Assembly (NCBI RefSeq): GCF_044704955.1
Contig: NC_091979.1
Span: forward strand, 318,432,001 to 318,496,000
Direction: 5' to 3'
From: Pristiophorus japonicus
Taxonomy: Eukaryota
DNA: 64,000 nucleotides
Of the stretch, positions 10,883-23,208 are shown piece after piece. Position 1 is the stretch's first letter. The number at the start of each line of letters is the position of its first letter. Below the pieces are notes generated by a model. That model was not told the DNA's origin. It saw only the letters and a program-made list of their open reading frames with translations, and made no database searches. The translations under genes were made by a program, and so were the position numbers.

Positions 10883-13800
10883 TGACACAAGATGTGCCGA
10901 ATGGCCAGTCTACTTCACCTGCCGATCTGCTGAAGACATCGCGCCCCACCCGCCTAGCTTCTGTGTATATAAATGGCATGTCAAGAGTGTGACAACAAAA
11001 ACCACAGTGTGCTGTAAAGAAGCACAAAAGGATGCCAACATCCACAGCAAAGAATAATTGAAATCAGACCACTTGAAACATTCTCACCCACATCCACGTG
11101 CAACTATTTAGATTAATTCATATTCAAACAAGGACAGCATCTCTGGCCACGATCACATAATTCTTTAGTGGCTCATCCAAGTGCAACTATTTACATGAGT
11201 TCATATTTGAGCAAGGTCACCATCTCTGGCCATTGGCACACACATTTTTAGTAGATCTTTCTTCGTGTTTTTCCACTCATTCGCTTCTCCCCCTCCCACG
11301 CCTACTGCTCCTCCTCAATAGGGTCTCAGTGCCCACAGTAAGGCTTGTAGAAGGACGCTCAATTGACTCCGCTGCCACAGCTGATGGCCTAGCAGGACGT
11401 GCTGCACCAGCTCGGAACCATGCAGACTACATCACCGCAGCATGGACAGCAGCACACTGTGGTGGATGGGTTGCAGAGAGCGGCAGGGGCAAGTGCAGAA
11501 TTATGTCGTCCTGTGAGAGGACATCAAATTGCAAAAGGCCCAACATGCTGCTACTCCCTCAGCATCTGGAGCAATCTGGGTGAGAACAGATTGCTGCCCT
11601 GCTTCGGCAACGTGAGGTCCCTGTTGAACTGATGGGGCTGCAGACACGATGGCAGCAGTCAGTGGCTACGTGGCATCAAGTTGACTCTGCATCAGCATCT
11701 GCAGCACATTACAGAGCTGATTGATTCCACCACATACTGACGGCATGATAGTATGCAGGTCTACCATAGCATCGGCCTGGTGCTCAATCGCTACTGCCAC
11801 CTCAGCCATAGCCCATCCCACCATGTCTGGGACCCCATGCTCACTGGAAGCATCCAACATCTGTTGATGTCGACCAATGATGGACTCCACGGGCTCTGAG
11901 AGACATGTGTATAAGTTGAGGCAGGCTCCTCCATCTTCACAGCTAGTGCATTGAGACTCTTGGACACCCTTGCCAATACACCCAGCAGATCACTGTGCAT
12001 CCACAATGACTGTCTTGCAACATCCTCTAATTTGGGCTCATCATCAGAGTGCTGCTGAGCATCACTCAGGTGCACACTCACCCTCCGGGGAGCTGGCCCC
12101 CTGTTTTCCCCTCCCCCATGGCACTGCTGTAGGCCACTGGGTCCCGAAGCATCACCCACCTCAATCTCACCGACCACGCCTTCCGTCAAAAAGCTGCTGG
12201 CCCTGCTTTCTGAGGACGCTGGATCCTCGGTCACATCCAGAGAGGTGTCCTTCGCCTCCTCCTCCTCTCCACCACCACCAGCAGTGGAAGGCTGACGTGC
12301 AGGCCCCTGGCCATCTGAGTCGCCATCGGAAAGTACAAAGCCAGAGAAGAGTGGTTACCTACAGGTGAGGGGGCCAGGATGGGAGAGATGTTCGGAAATG
12401 CTTGTCTCAGGAAAGTGGTGAAGGATTCTGCTGTCAGGGCTGAGTGGCCTGCTGGAGGCTGTAAAGGAACTCAACATACCGTCACTGTACCAAGGGGGAT
12501 CAGCCTCACCCACTTGTGCATCCATCAGGGCTGAGTGGTATTCCTACACCTGAGTCAGGGGTTGCGCCTCAGAGTCCCCCTCGGACCGGAACCAACGTCC
12601 GAGGGGGAGTGTCTGCTAGTGCTGTTGGGGAGGAGTTAAACTAATATGGCAGGGGGATGGGAACCAATGCAGGGAGACAGAGAGAAACAAAAAGGAGACA
12701 AAAGCAAAGGACAGAAAGGAGATGAGTAAAAGTGGAGGGCAGAGAAACCCAAGGCAAAAAACAAAAAGGGCCACTGTACAGCAAAATTCTAAAGGGTCAA
12801 AGTGTAATAAAAAGGCAAGCATGAAAGCTCAGTGCCTCAATGCGAGGAGTATTCGGAACACAGGAGAGGGCTCTGAGCTAGTTAGAATGTGTGAGAGCTC
12901 AGATGAACAGGATCCCAAGAAAGAATGCAAAAGACAGGAGGCAACAGAGCAGAGTAGCACTGGGGTAAGTGTAAACCACAAGGTGATAGGAAGGGACAAT
13001 ATGTATGAATATAAAGGGGCTGCAGGAGGGGTCAAAACTAAAAATCATGGTTTAAGAACTAGTAGTAAAACACTACCTAAACGCACGCAGCATTCGAAAT
13101 AAAGTAAATGAGTTGACGGCACAAATCATGACAAATGGGTATGATTTGGTGGCCATTGCAGAAACGTGGTTGCAGGGTGGCCAAGAATGGGAATTAAATA
13201 TACAGGGGTATCTGACAATTCGGAAAGATAGACAAGAAGGGAAAGGAGGTGGGGTAGCTCTGTTAATAAAGGATGAAATCAGGGTAGTTGTGAGAGACGA
13301 TATTGGCTCTAATGAACAAAATGTTGATTCATTGTGGGTGGACATTAGAGATAGTAAGGGGAAAAAGTCACTGGTGGGCGTAGTTTATAGGCCCCCAAAT
13401 AATAACTTCATGGTGGGGCAGACAATAATGAAGGGAATAATGGAGGCATGTGAAAAAGGAACGGCAGTAATCATCGGGATTTTAACCTACATATCGATTG
13501 GTCAAATCAAATTGCACGGGGTAGCTTTGAGCAAGAATTCATAGAATGCATACGGGATTGTTTCTTAGAACAGTATGTTACAGAACCTACAAGGAAGCAA
13601 GCGATCTTAGATCTGGTCCTGTGCAATGAGACAGGAATAATAAACGATCTCCTCATAAAAGATCCTCTCGGAATGAGTGATCACAGTATGGTTGAATTGG
13701 TAATACAGATTGAGGGTGAGGAAGTAGTGTCTCAAACGAGCATACTATGCTTAAACAAAGGGGACTACAGTGGGATGAGGGCAGAGTTGGCTAAAGTAGA

Positions 13801-14803
13801 CTGGAAACACAGACTAAACGGTGGCACAATTGAGGAACAATGGAGGACTTTTAAGGAGCTCTTTCATAGTGCTCAACAAAAATATATTCCAGTGAAAAAG
13901 AAGGGTGGTAAGAGAAGGGATAACCAGCCATGGATAACCAAGGAAATATAGGAGAGTATCAAATTAAAAACCAATGCATATAAGGTGGCCAAGGTTAGTG
14001 GGAAACTAGAAGATTGGGAAAATTTTAAACAACAGCAAAGAATGACTAAGAAGGCAATAAAGAAAGGAAAGATAGATTACGAAAGTAAATTTGCGCAAAA
14101 CGTAAAAACAGATAGTAAAAGCTTTTACCGATATATAAAACGGAAACGAGTGACTAAAGTAAATGTTGGTCCCTTAGAAGATGAGAAGGAGGATTTAATA
14201 ATGGGAAATGTGGAAATGGCTGAGACCTTAAACAATTATTTCGCTTCGGTCTTCACAGTGGAAGACACAAAAACCATGCCAAAAATTGCTGGTCACAGGA
14301 ATGTGGGAAGGGAGGACCTTGAGACAATCACTATCACTAGCGGGGTAGTGCTGGACAGGCTAATGGGACTCAAGGTAGACAAGTCCCCTGGTCCTGATGA
14401 AATGCATCCCAGGGTATTAAAAGAGATGACGGAAGTTATAGCAGATGCATTCGTTATAATCTACCAAAATTCTCTGGACTCCGGGGAGGGACCAGTGGAA
14501 TGGAAAGCAGCTAATGTAACACCTCTGTTTAAAAAAGGGGGCAGACAAAAGGCAGGTAACTATAGGCCGGTTAGTTTAACATCTGTAGTGGGGAAAATGC
14601 TTGAAAATATCATTGAGGAAGAAATAGCGGGATATCTAGATAGGAATCGTGCAATCAAGCAGACGCAACATGGATTCATGAAGGGGAAATCATCTTTAAT
14701 TAATTTCCTGAAATTCTTTGAGGATATAACGAGCATGGTGGATAGAGGTATACCGATGGATGTGGTATATTTAGATTTCCAAAAGGCATTCAATAAGGTG
14801 TCA

Positions 14804-15617
14804 CATAGAAACATAGAAACATAGAAAATAGGTGCAAGAGTAGGCCATTCGGCCCTTCTAGCCTGCACCGCCATTCAATGAGTTCATGGCTGAACATTCA
14901 ACTTCAGTACCCCATTCCTGCTTTCTCGCCATACCCCTTGATCCCCCTAGTAGTAAGGACCTCATCTAACTCCTTTTTGAATATATTTAGTGAATTGGCC
15001 TCAACAACTTTCTGTGGTAGAGAATTCCACAGGTTCACCACTCTCTGGGTGAAGAAGTTCCTCCGCATCTCGGTCCTAAATGGCTTACCCCTTATCCTTA
15101 GACTGTGACCTCTGGTTCTGGACTTCCCCAACATTGGGAACATTCTTCCTGCATCTAACCTGTCTAACCCCGTCAGAATTTTATATGTTTCTATGAGGTC
15201 CCCTCTCATTCTTCTGAACTCCAGTGAATACAAGCCCAGTTGATCCAGTCTTTCTTGATAGGTCAGTCCCGCCATCCCAGGAATCAGTCTGGTGAACCTT
15301 CGCTGCACTCCCTCAATAGCAAGAATGTCCTTCCTCAGGTTAGGAGACCAAAACTGTACACAATACTCTAGGTGTGGCCTCACCAATGCCCTGTACAACT
15401 GTAGCAACACCTCCCTGCCCCTGTACTCAAATCCACTTGCTATGAAGGCCAACATGCCATTTGCTTTCTTAACCGCCTGCTGTACCTGCATGCCAACCTT
15501 CAATGACTGATGTACCATGACACCCAGGTCTCTTTGCACCTCCCCTTTTCCTAATCTGTCACCATTCAGATAATAGTCTGTCTCTCTGTTTTTACCACCA
15601 AAGTGGATAACCTCACA
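14804..15617 (-). mobile_element. 5'-truncated CR1 (family A) inserted antisense into the family B CR1
   Basis: Tail (CATAGAAA)n at 14804-14828. Near-identical to the reverse complement of 19640-20456. TCACATA at both junctions (14801-14807, 15613-15619). Confidence 0.92.
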
Positions 15618-16078
15618 TAAAAGGTTACTGCAGAAAATAAAGGTACGCGGAGTCAGAGGAAATGTATTAGCATGGATCGAGAATTGGCTGGCGAGCAGAA
15701 AGCAGAGAGTCGGGATAAATGGGTCCTTTTCGGGTTGGAAATCGGTGGTTAGTGGTTTGCCACAGGATCGGTGCTGGGACCACAACTGTTTACAATATAC
15801 ATAGATGACCTGGAAGAGGGATAGAGTGTAGTGTAACAAAATTTGCAGATGACACAATGATTAGTGGGAAAGCGGGTTGTGTCGAGGACACAGAGAGGCT
15901 GCAAAGCGATTTAGATAGGTTAAGCGAATGGGCTAAGGTTTGGCAGATGGAATACAATGTCGGAAAATGTGAGGTCATCCACCTTGGAAAAAAAAACAGT
16001 AAAAGGGAATATTATTTGAATGGGGAGAAATTACAACATGCTGCGGTGCAGAGGGACCTGGGGGTCCTTGTGCATGAA

Positions 16079-16249
16079 ACTCTTTTTGGAGTTCACCTGC
16101 AAAACATAAAACATTAAACGGTGCCACCCGACCTGGGTGACACTCCAGACATTTACAAGGCCCTTTTTTTCCCCCCCTTTTTTTTGTTTTTTTTTGTGTT
16201 TTTCTTTTTTTTTTTTTTTTTTTTTTTGGGCACTAAAATCACAATTTTT
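16079..16249. mobile_element. 171-bp T-rich insertion with a 14-bp TSD, probably the 3' remnant of an L1/Tx1-type retroelement
   Basis: TCCTTGTGCATGAA duplicated at 16065-16078 and 16250-16263. The equivalent site in the CR1 near 63720 is uninterrupted. The family assignment is inference. Confidence 0.7.
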
Positions 16250-17453
16250 TCCTTGTGCATGAATCCCAAAAAGTTAGTTTGCAGGTGCAGCAGGTAATCA
16301 GGAAGGCAAATGGAATGTTGGCCTTCATTGCGAGAGGGATGGAGTACAAAAGCAGGGAGGTCCTGCTGCAACTGTACAAGCTACTGGTGAGGCCGCACCT
16401 GGAATACTGCGTGCATTTTTGATCACCTTACTTAAGGAAGGATATATTAGCTTTGGAGGGGGTACAGAGACGATTCACTAGGCTGATTCCAGAGATGAGG
16501 GGGTTACCTTATGATGATAGATTGAGTAGACTGGGTCTTTACTGGTTGGAGTTCAGAAGGATGAGGGGTGATCTTATAGAAACATTTAAAATAATGAAAG
16601 GGATAGACAAGATAGAGGCAGAGAGGTTGTTTCCACTGGTCGGGGAGACGAGAACTAGGGGGCACAGCCTCAAAATATGAAGGAGCCAATTTAAAACCGA
16701 GTTGAGAAGGAATTTCTTCTCCCAGAGGGTTGTGAATCTGTGGAATTCTCTGCCCAAGGAAGCAGTTGAGGCTAGCTCATTGAATGTATTCAAATCACAG
16801 ATAGATAGATTTTTAACCAATAAGGGAATTAAGGGTTACGGAGAGCGGGCGGGTAAGTGGAGCTGAGTCCACGGCCAGATCAGCCATGATCTTGTTGAAT
16901 GGCGGAGCAGGCTCGAGGGGCTAGATGGCCTACTCCTGTTCCTAATTCTTATGTTATATCCCCTCCTCCGTTCCGCATCTGGTCTCTTCCAATCTGTGCA
17001 AACTTGGCCTGCAAGATTAAAAAGAACGTCATCATTAGTGCCCTTCTATCTGTCTGTTTGAAGTGCCTTACATAGTTCAGAACATGTTCGTGTCTGAGAC
17101 TCTGTAAAGTTTGATGTAACTTCCATTAGCTGCGAGTACTTGTGGCAATGCTTGAATGAAGGGGAGCCAGGACCTAACAGTTACTGTGAGGTTAGCATCT
17201 TCCAGATACATCTGAAGACTGAGGAGGTAACAGGATGAGGGGTGGGTGTCCACAAGGGAGTAGGAAGGTTAATTGTGCATACAGGCCTTGGAGTGGGTGA
17301 GGCTGCAAATGGGAACCTTGTATCTGGTCTCACCCACATAGAGCATGGGGTCAGACACATTCACATTGAGGAGAGACTGCACATTGAGCTCAGAGCGTGG
17401 CATGGTCAGGTTAATGTAAAATATACTCACCCTCAGAACCGAGTCATGTCGTT

Positions 17454-18045
17454 CTTGTGACATGGGTCGCTGTCCTGGGCACCGTGTCACTCACTGACAC
17501 TACTTGTGACATGGGTCACTGTCCTGGGCACCGTGTCACTCACTGACACTACTTGTGACATGGGTCACTGTCCTGGGCACCGTGTCACTCACTGACACTA
17601 CTTGTGACATGGGTCGCTGTCCTGGGCACCGTGTCACTCACTGACACTACTTGTGACATGGGTCACTGTCCTGGGCACCGTGTCACTCACTGACACTACT
17701 TGTGACATGGGTCGCTGTCCTGGGCACCGTGTCACTCACTGACACTACTTGTGACATGGGTCGCTGTCCTGGGCACCGTGTCACTCACTGACACTACTTG
17801 TGACATGGGTCGCTGTCCTGGGCACCGTGTCACTCACTGACACTACTTGTGACATGGGTCGCTGTCCTGGGCACCGTGTCACTCACTGACACTACTTGTG
17901 ACATGGGTCACTGTCCTGGGCACCGTGTCACTCACTGACACTACTTGTGACATGGGTCGCTGTCCTGGGCACCGTGTCACTCACTGACACTACTTGTGAC
18001 ATGGGTCACTGTCCCGGGCACCGTGTCACTCACTGACACTACTTG
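17454..18045 (+). repeat. 49-bp minisatellite, left part (~12 units)
   Basis: Unit ACTTGTGACATGGGTCRCTGTCCTGGGCACCGTGTCACTCACTGACACT; CATGGG at 17461 and 17510. Confidence 0.95.
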
Positions 18046-20456
18046 GGATGGTTTTTTAGACCAATATGTCGAGGAACCAACTAGGGGGGAGGCCATCTTA
18101 GACTGGGTGTTATGTAATGAGTGAGGATTAATTAGCAATCTCGTTGTGCGAGGCCCCTTGGGGAAGAGTGACCATAATATGGTGGAATTCTGCATTAGGA
18201 TGGAGAATGAAACAGTTAATTCAGAGACCATGGTCCAGAACTTAAAGAAGGCTAACTTTGAAGGTATGAGGCGTGAATTGGCTGAGATGGATTGGCGAAT
18301 GATACTTAAGGGGTTGACTGTGGATGGGCAATGGCAGACATTTAGAGACCGCATGGATGAACTACAACAATTGTACATTCCTGTCTGGCATAAAAATAAA
18401 AAAGGGAAGGTGGCTCAACCGTGGCTATCAAGGAAAATCAGGGATAGTATTAAAGCCAAGGAAGTGGCATACAAATTGGCCAGAAATAGCAGCGAATCTG
18501 GGGACTGGGAGAAATTTAGAACTCAGCAGGGGGTTTGATTAGGGCAGGGAAAATGGAGTATGAGAAGAAACTTGCAGGGAACATTAAGACGGATTGCAAA
18601 AGTTTCTATAGATATGTAAAGAGAAAAAAGTTAGTAAAGACAAACGTAGGTCCCCTGCAGTCAGAATCAGGGGAAGTCATAACGGGGAACAAAGAAATGG
18701 CGGACCAATTGAACAAGTACTTTGGTTCGGTATTCACGAAGGAGGACACGAACAACCTTCCGGTTATAAAAGGGGTCGGGGGGTCTAGTAAGGAGGAGGA
18801 ACTGAGGGAAATCCTTATTAGTCGGGAAATTGTGTTGGGGAAATTGATGGGATTGAAGGCCGATAAATCCCCAGGGCCTGATGGACTGCATCCCAGAGTA
18901 CTTAAGGAGGTGGCCTTGGAAATAGTGGATGCATTGACAGTCATTTTCCAACATTCCATTGACTCTGGATCAGTTCCTATCGAGTGGAGGGTAGCCAATG
19001 TAACCCCACTTTTTAAAAAAGGAGGGAGAGAGAAAACAGGGAATTATAGACCGGTCAGCCTGACATCGGTAGTGGGTAAAATGATGGAATCAATTATTAA
19101 GGATGTCATAGCAGTGCATTTGGAAAGAGGTGACATGATAGGTGCAAGTCAGCATGGATTTGTGAAAGGGAAATCATGCTTGACAAATCTTCTGGAATTT
19201 TTTGAGGATGTTTCCAGTAGAGTGGACAAGGGAGAACCAGTTGATGTGGAATATTTGGACTTTCAGAAGGCATTCGACAAGGTCCCACACAAGAGATTGA
19301 TGTGCAAAGTTAGAGCACATGGGATTGGGGGTAGTGTGCTGACATGGATTGAGAACTGGTTGTCAGACAGGAAGCAAAGAGTAGGAGTAAATGGGTACTT
19401 TTCAGAATGGCAGGCAGTGACTAGTGGGGTACCGCAAGGTTTTGTGTTGGGGCCCCAGCTGTTTACACTGTACATTAATAATTTAAATGAGGGGATTAAA
19501 TGTAGTATCTCCAAATTTGCGGATGACACTAAGTTGGGTGGCAGTGTGAGCTGCGAGGAGGATACTGTGAGGCTGCAGAGCGACTTGGATAGGTTAGGTG
19601 AGTGGGCAAATGCATGGCAGATGAAGTATAATGTGGATAAATGTGAGGTTATCCACTTTGGTGGTAAAAACAGAGAGACAGACTATTATCTGAATGGTGA
19701 CAGATTAGGAAAAGGGGAGGTGCAAAGAGACCTGGGTGTCGTGGTACATCAGTCATTGAAGGTTGGCATGCAGGTAAAGCAGGCGGTTAAGAAAGCAAAT
19801 GGCATGTTGACCTTCATAGCAAGGGGATTTGAGTACAGGGGCAGGGAGGTGTTGCTACAGTTGTACAGGGCATTGGTGAGGCCACACCTGGAGTATTGTG
19901 TACAGTTTTGGTCTCCTAACCTGAGGAAGGACATTCTTGCTATTGAGGGAGTGCAGCGAAGGTTCACCAGACTGATTCCCGGGATGGCGGGACTGACCTA
20001 TCAAGAAAGACTGGATCAACTGGGCTTGTATTCACTGGAGTTCAGAAGAATGAGAGGGGACCTCATAGAAACATTTAAAATTCTGACGGGGTTAGACAGG
20101 TTAGATGCAGGAAGAATGTTCCCAATGTTGGGGAAGTCCAGAACCAGAGGTCACTGTCTAAGGATAAGGGGTAAGCCATTTAGGACCGAGATGCGGAGGA
20201 ACTTCTTCACCCAGAGAGTGGTGAACCTGTGGAATTCTCTACCACAGAAAGTTGTTGAGGCCAATTCACTAAATATATTCAAAAAGGAGTTAGATGAGGT
20301 CCTTACTACTAGGGGGATCAAGGGGTATGGCGAGAAAGCAGGAATGGGGTACTGAAGTTGAATGTTCAGCCATGAACTCATTGAATGGCGGTGCAGGCCA
20401 GAAGGGCCGAATGGCCTACTCCTGCACCTATTTTCTATGTTTCTATGTTTCTATGT
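18046..20456 (+). mobile_element. 5'-truncated CR1 (family A) inserted into the 49-bp minisatellite; RT region open at 18535-20355
   Basis: QHGF, DFQKAFD, GVPQG and FADD motifs, and a 3' tail TTTTCTATGTTTCTATGTTTCTATGT. A small deletion causes a frameshift near 18530. Confidence 0.93.
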
Positions 20457-20989
20457 GACATGGGTCGCTGTCCTCGGCACCGTGTCACTCACTGACACTA
20501 CTTGTGACATGGGTCACTGTCCTGGGCACCGTGTCACTCACTGACACTACTTGTGACATGGGTAACTGTCCTGAGCACCGTGTCACTCACTGACACTACT
20601 TGTGACACGGGTCGCTGTCCTGGGCACCGTCTCACTCACTGACACTACTTGTGACATGGGTCACTGTCCTGGGCACCGTGTCACTCACTGACACTACTTG
20701 TGACATGGGTCACTGTCCTGGGCACCGTGTCACTCACTGACACTACTTGTGACATGGGTCACTGTCCTGGGCACCGTGTCACTCACTGACACTACTTGTG
20801 ACATGGGTCGCTGTCCTGGGCACCGTGTCACTCACTGACACTACTTGTGACATGGGTCGCTGTCCTGGGCACCGTGTCACTCACTGACACTACTTGTGAC
20901 ATGGGTCACTGTCCTGGGCACCGTGTCACTCACTGACACTACTTGTGACATGGGTCACTGTCCTGGGCACCGTGACACTCACTGACACT
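20454..20989 (+). repeat. 49-bp minisatellite, right part (~11 units)
   Basis: Same unit resumes in register after the CR1 tail. Confidence 0.95.
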
Positions 20990-21625
20990 ATTTCAGCGAC
21001 TTCCCACCAGAGCTTTCGAAATGTTTGGGGTTGTGGCCTGCTGCCAGCCTCTGTCCGAAGTAATTCTCAACCCCTCTCCAGGGTATCAAGCAGTGCATCG
21101 ATAGCGGTGTCGGAGAAGCAGAGAGCTCGCTGGCGAGCTGCGGCTGCATCTGTAATCTTCACCCTGTGAGTGAGTGCGTAGGAAGCTAGTATACGCACAA
21201 GGCAGTGCCACACCCAATCACCGCCTCAATTGAATGCAGGTGGCGGGAGTGTGTCTGTGGCACATTTACAAATGATAATTGCCGTCTGGGTGTTGCTGCC
21301 TCACTTTCCACCCCATTTACCGCCGTTTGCCACCTCCAGGGGAGCGTACAACACCTGCTTTAACCCTGCAATCCCCTTTTCAGGCAGCAAAACTGAATTT
21401 CACGGTTGGTAACGGCAACTGCCGCCTGGTGGTAAAATCTCCATTCAAACGGTGATACCGCCTCAAAAACGGCGCGACCGAATTTCGACCCCTCAAACTT
21501 TTCTAATCCTACCGCCCATTCTAGGCTATGATGAATTTCTAACCGAGAGAGGTTAACAAAGGTCATAGGGCTCTAGTGATTAAGGTCACATCAGGGAAAA
21601 ATAGTAAAAAGTTAAAATTAAAGGC

Positions 21626-22870
21626 GAGTTAGAAATTCCCCTCGGGTCCCGTTTGACACGCTAAATCAGGAAAGCTGGAAAAGTTCGAGCCAAGAGCTAT
21701 CTTCTTCCAGCTTCTCTGAAATTCCCACTTTTTGCTCCGAGGGCAGTGGAGCACTAAATCGGTCCACTTCCTTCTTGGAGCGCAAGATGGGGGGAAGATT
21801 GTGAGCGAGGCGCACGGCTCAGCAGCACTATGCACTATGACACATGGCACTGCTGCATTGTAGGGGCTCTTCCCTGAATTAACAGCAAGGGCCCAGGCTG
21901 CAAACTCTGAATTAATGTTTTAACTTACCTGGACCAATGGAGCGTGCGGGTGTCATGCAATCAGCCCAGCACTCAAGCAGAGTGCAAGACTGACCGATCG
22001 CGGTACGCACCCCACGTCTGCAGGCACATTTTTTTTTGAAATGATCCAACATTTTTTCATGGTGGCCGTCCAACTCACCTTTAAATAACATCTCGCTAGT
22101 GTCTGGCTGCCCTGCTAGCGACCCCTGCAGCAGTCACTGCCATCGCCCGGCACTGCTGCAGGGGGCGAAGGTGAGTTTTTGTGCCGGGTCACTACCGGGG
22201 CGATGCATCCAGAGATGACGTCATGAAACAAGATCGATGAACTAATGGCACACATAGAGATAAATGTGTGTGATTTAGTCGCCAGTACTGAGGCGTGGTT
22301 ACAGGGTGACCAAGACTGGAAACTAAATGTTCCAGGGTACTTGCCTTTTAAGAAAGATAGTTGAAATAGAAAAGGACGGAGGTAGCCCTGATAATAAAGG
22401 ATGAGATAAGGACAGCAGTGAATAAGGATCTTAGCCCAGAAAATCAGGATGTAGAATCAGTTTGGTTGAAGCAAAGAAATAGCAATGGACAGAAATATTG
22501 GTGTGAGTAGTTTATAGGCCCCATAACAGTGTTGGACAGAGTATAAATCAGTAAATTAGAGGAGCATGTAACGAGAGTAATGCAATAATCGTGGGGACAT
22601 TAATCTTCATATATACTGGGCAACCCAAAATGGCAAAAGTAGTTTTGAGGACAATTCATGAAATGCGTTTGAGACAGTTTTCTGGAACAATGGGGTAGAA
22701 ATTCCCCTGGGGTCCAGTTTGGGGAGCTAAGTGAAAAATGTTTGTAAAGTTAGAGCCAGGCGTTAGCCTTTTCAATCATTTGAGAAATTCCCAAATTTGC
22801 TCCAAGAGGGAAGTAGAGCAATAAATCAAGCACTCCACTTCCCTCGGAGTGCAAGAGAGGGGGCAGGGGT
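21626..22870 (+). mobile_element. Two related Harbinger-type terminal remnants flanking an old CR1 endonuclease fragment (~22224-22690)
   Basis: GAGTTAGAAATTCCCCT (~21626) and GGGGTAGAAATTCCCCT (~22692) begin similar sequences. Between them lie degenerate TEAWLQGDQDW and VYRP motifs. Confidence 0.5.
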
Positions 22871-22889
22871 TGGGGGGAATGTGGGGAGC

Positions 22890-23208
22890 CGGAGAGTCTA
22901 GAACTAGGGGTCATAGTCTCAGGAAAAAGATTGGGACATTTGGGACTGAGATGAAAAGAACGTTCTTCACTCAGAGGGTTGTGAACCTTTCGAGTTCTCG
23001 AGCCCAGAGGGCTGCGGATGCTCAGCAGTTGTATATATTCAAAACTGAAATCAATAGTTTTTGGACATTAAAGGAATCAAGGGGTATGGGGACAGAGTGG
23101 GACAATGGGGTTGAGGTAGAAGATCAGCCATGATCTTATTGAATGGCGGAGCAGGTTCAAGGCAACCTATGGCCTACTCCTGCTCCTAATTCTTATGTTC
23201 TTATGTTC
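22890..23208 (+). mobile_element. CR1 3' end fragment
   Basis: ESRTRGHSLR..FFTQRVVN followed by tail CCTAATTCTTATGTTCTTATGTT. Confidence 0.85.

Larger units (their letters stand above)
12583..16955 (+). mobile_element. CR1 LINE (family B body, chimeric 5' part), degenerate ORF2
   Basis: ORF1 end, then APE and RT motifs in ORFs 13113-14824 and 15857-16680. 3' tail CCTAATTCTTATGTT. Inserted in a Myb/SANT exon. Confidence 0.9.
11250..21160 (-). pseudogene. Harbinger Myb/SANT-like DNA-binding gene (multi-exon), disrupted by a minisatellite and CR1 insertions
   Basis: Minus strand from ~21150 reads RALCFSDTAIDALLDTLE..LWWEVAEIVS..PRT, followed by a GTGAGT donor near 17430. Acceptor CTTGCAG and exon AKFAQIGRDQMRNGGG at ~17010-16957. 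The 3' limit is approximate. Confidence 0.7.
9187..21492 (+). mobile_element. PIF/Harbinger transposon enlarged to 12.3 kb by nested insertions
   Basis: Perfect 16-bp TIRs GGGGTCGAAATTCGGT (9187) and ACCGAATTTCGACCCC (ends 21492). 3-bp TSD TCA on both sides. Carries convergent transposase and Myb/SANT genes. Confidence 0.9.

Noticed and set aside
18535-20355. Autonomous active CR1
   Set aside because: RT frame is open, but the copy is 5'-truncated (no promoter or ORF1, little endonuclease) with an upstream stop and frameshift.
17454-20989. CRISPR-like array
   Set aside because: Head-to-tail repeats without unique spacers, in eukaryotic DNA.
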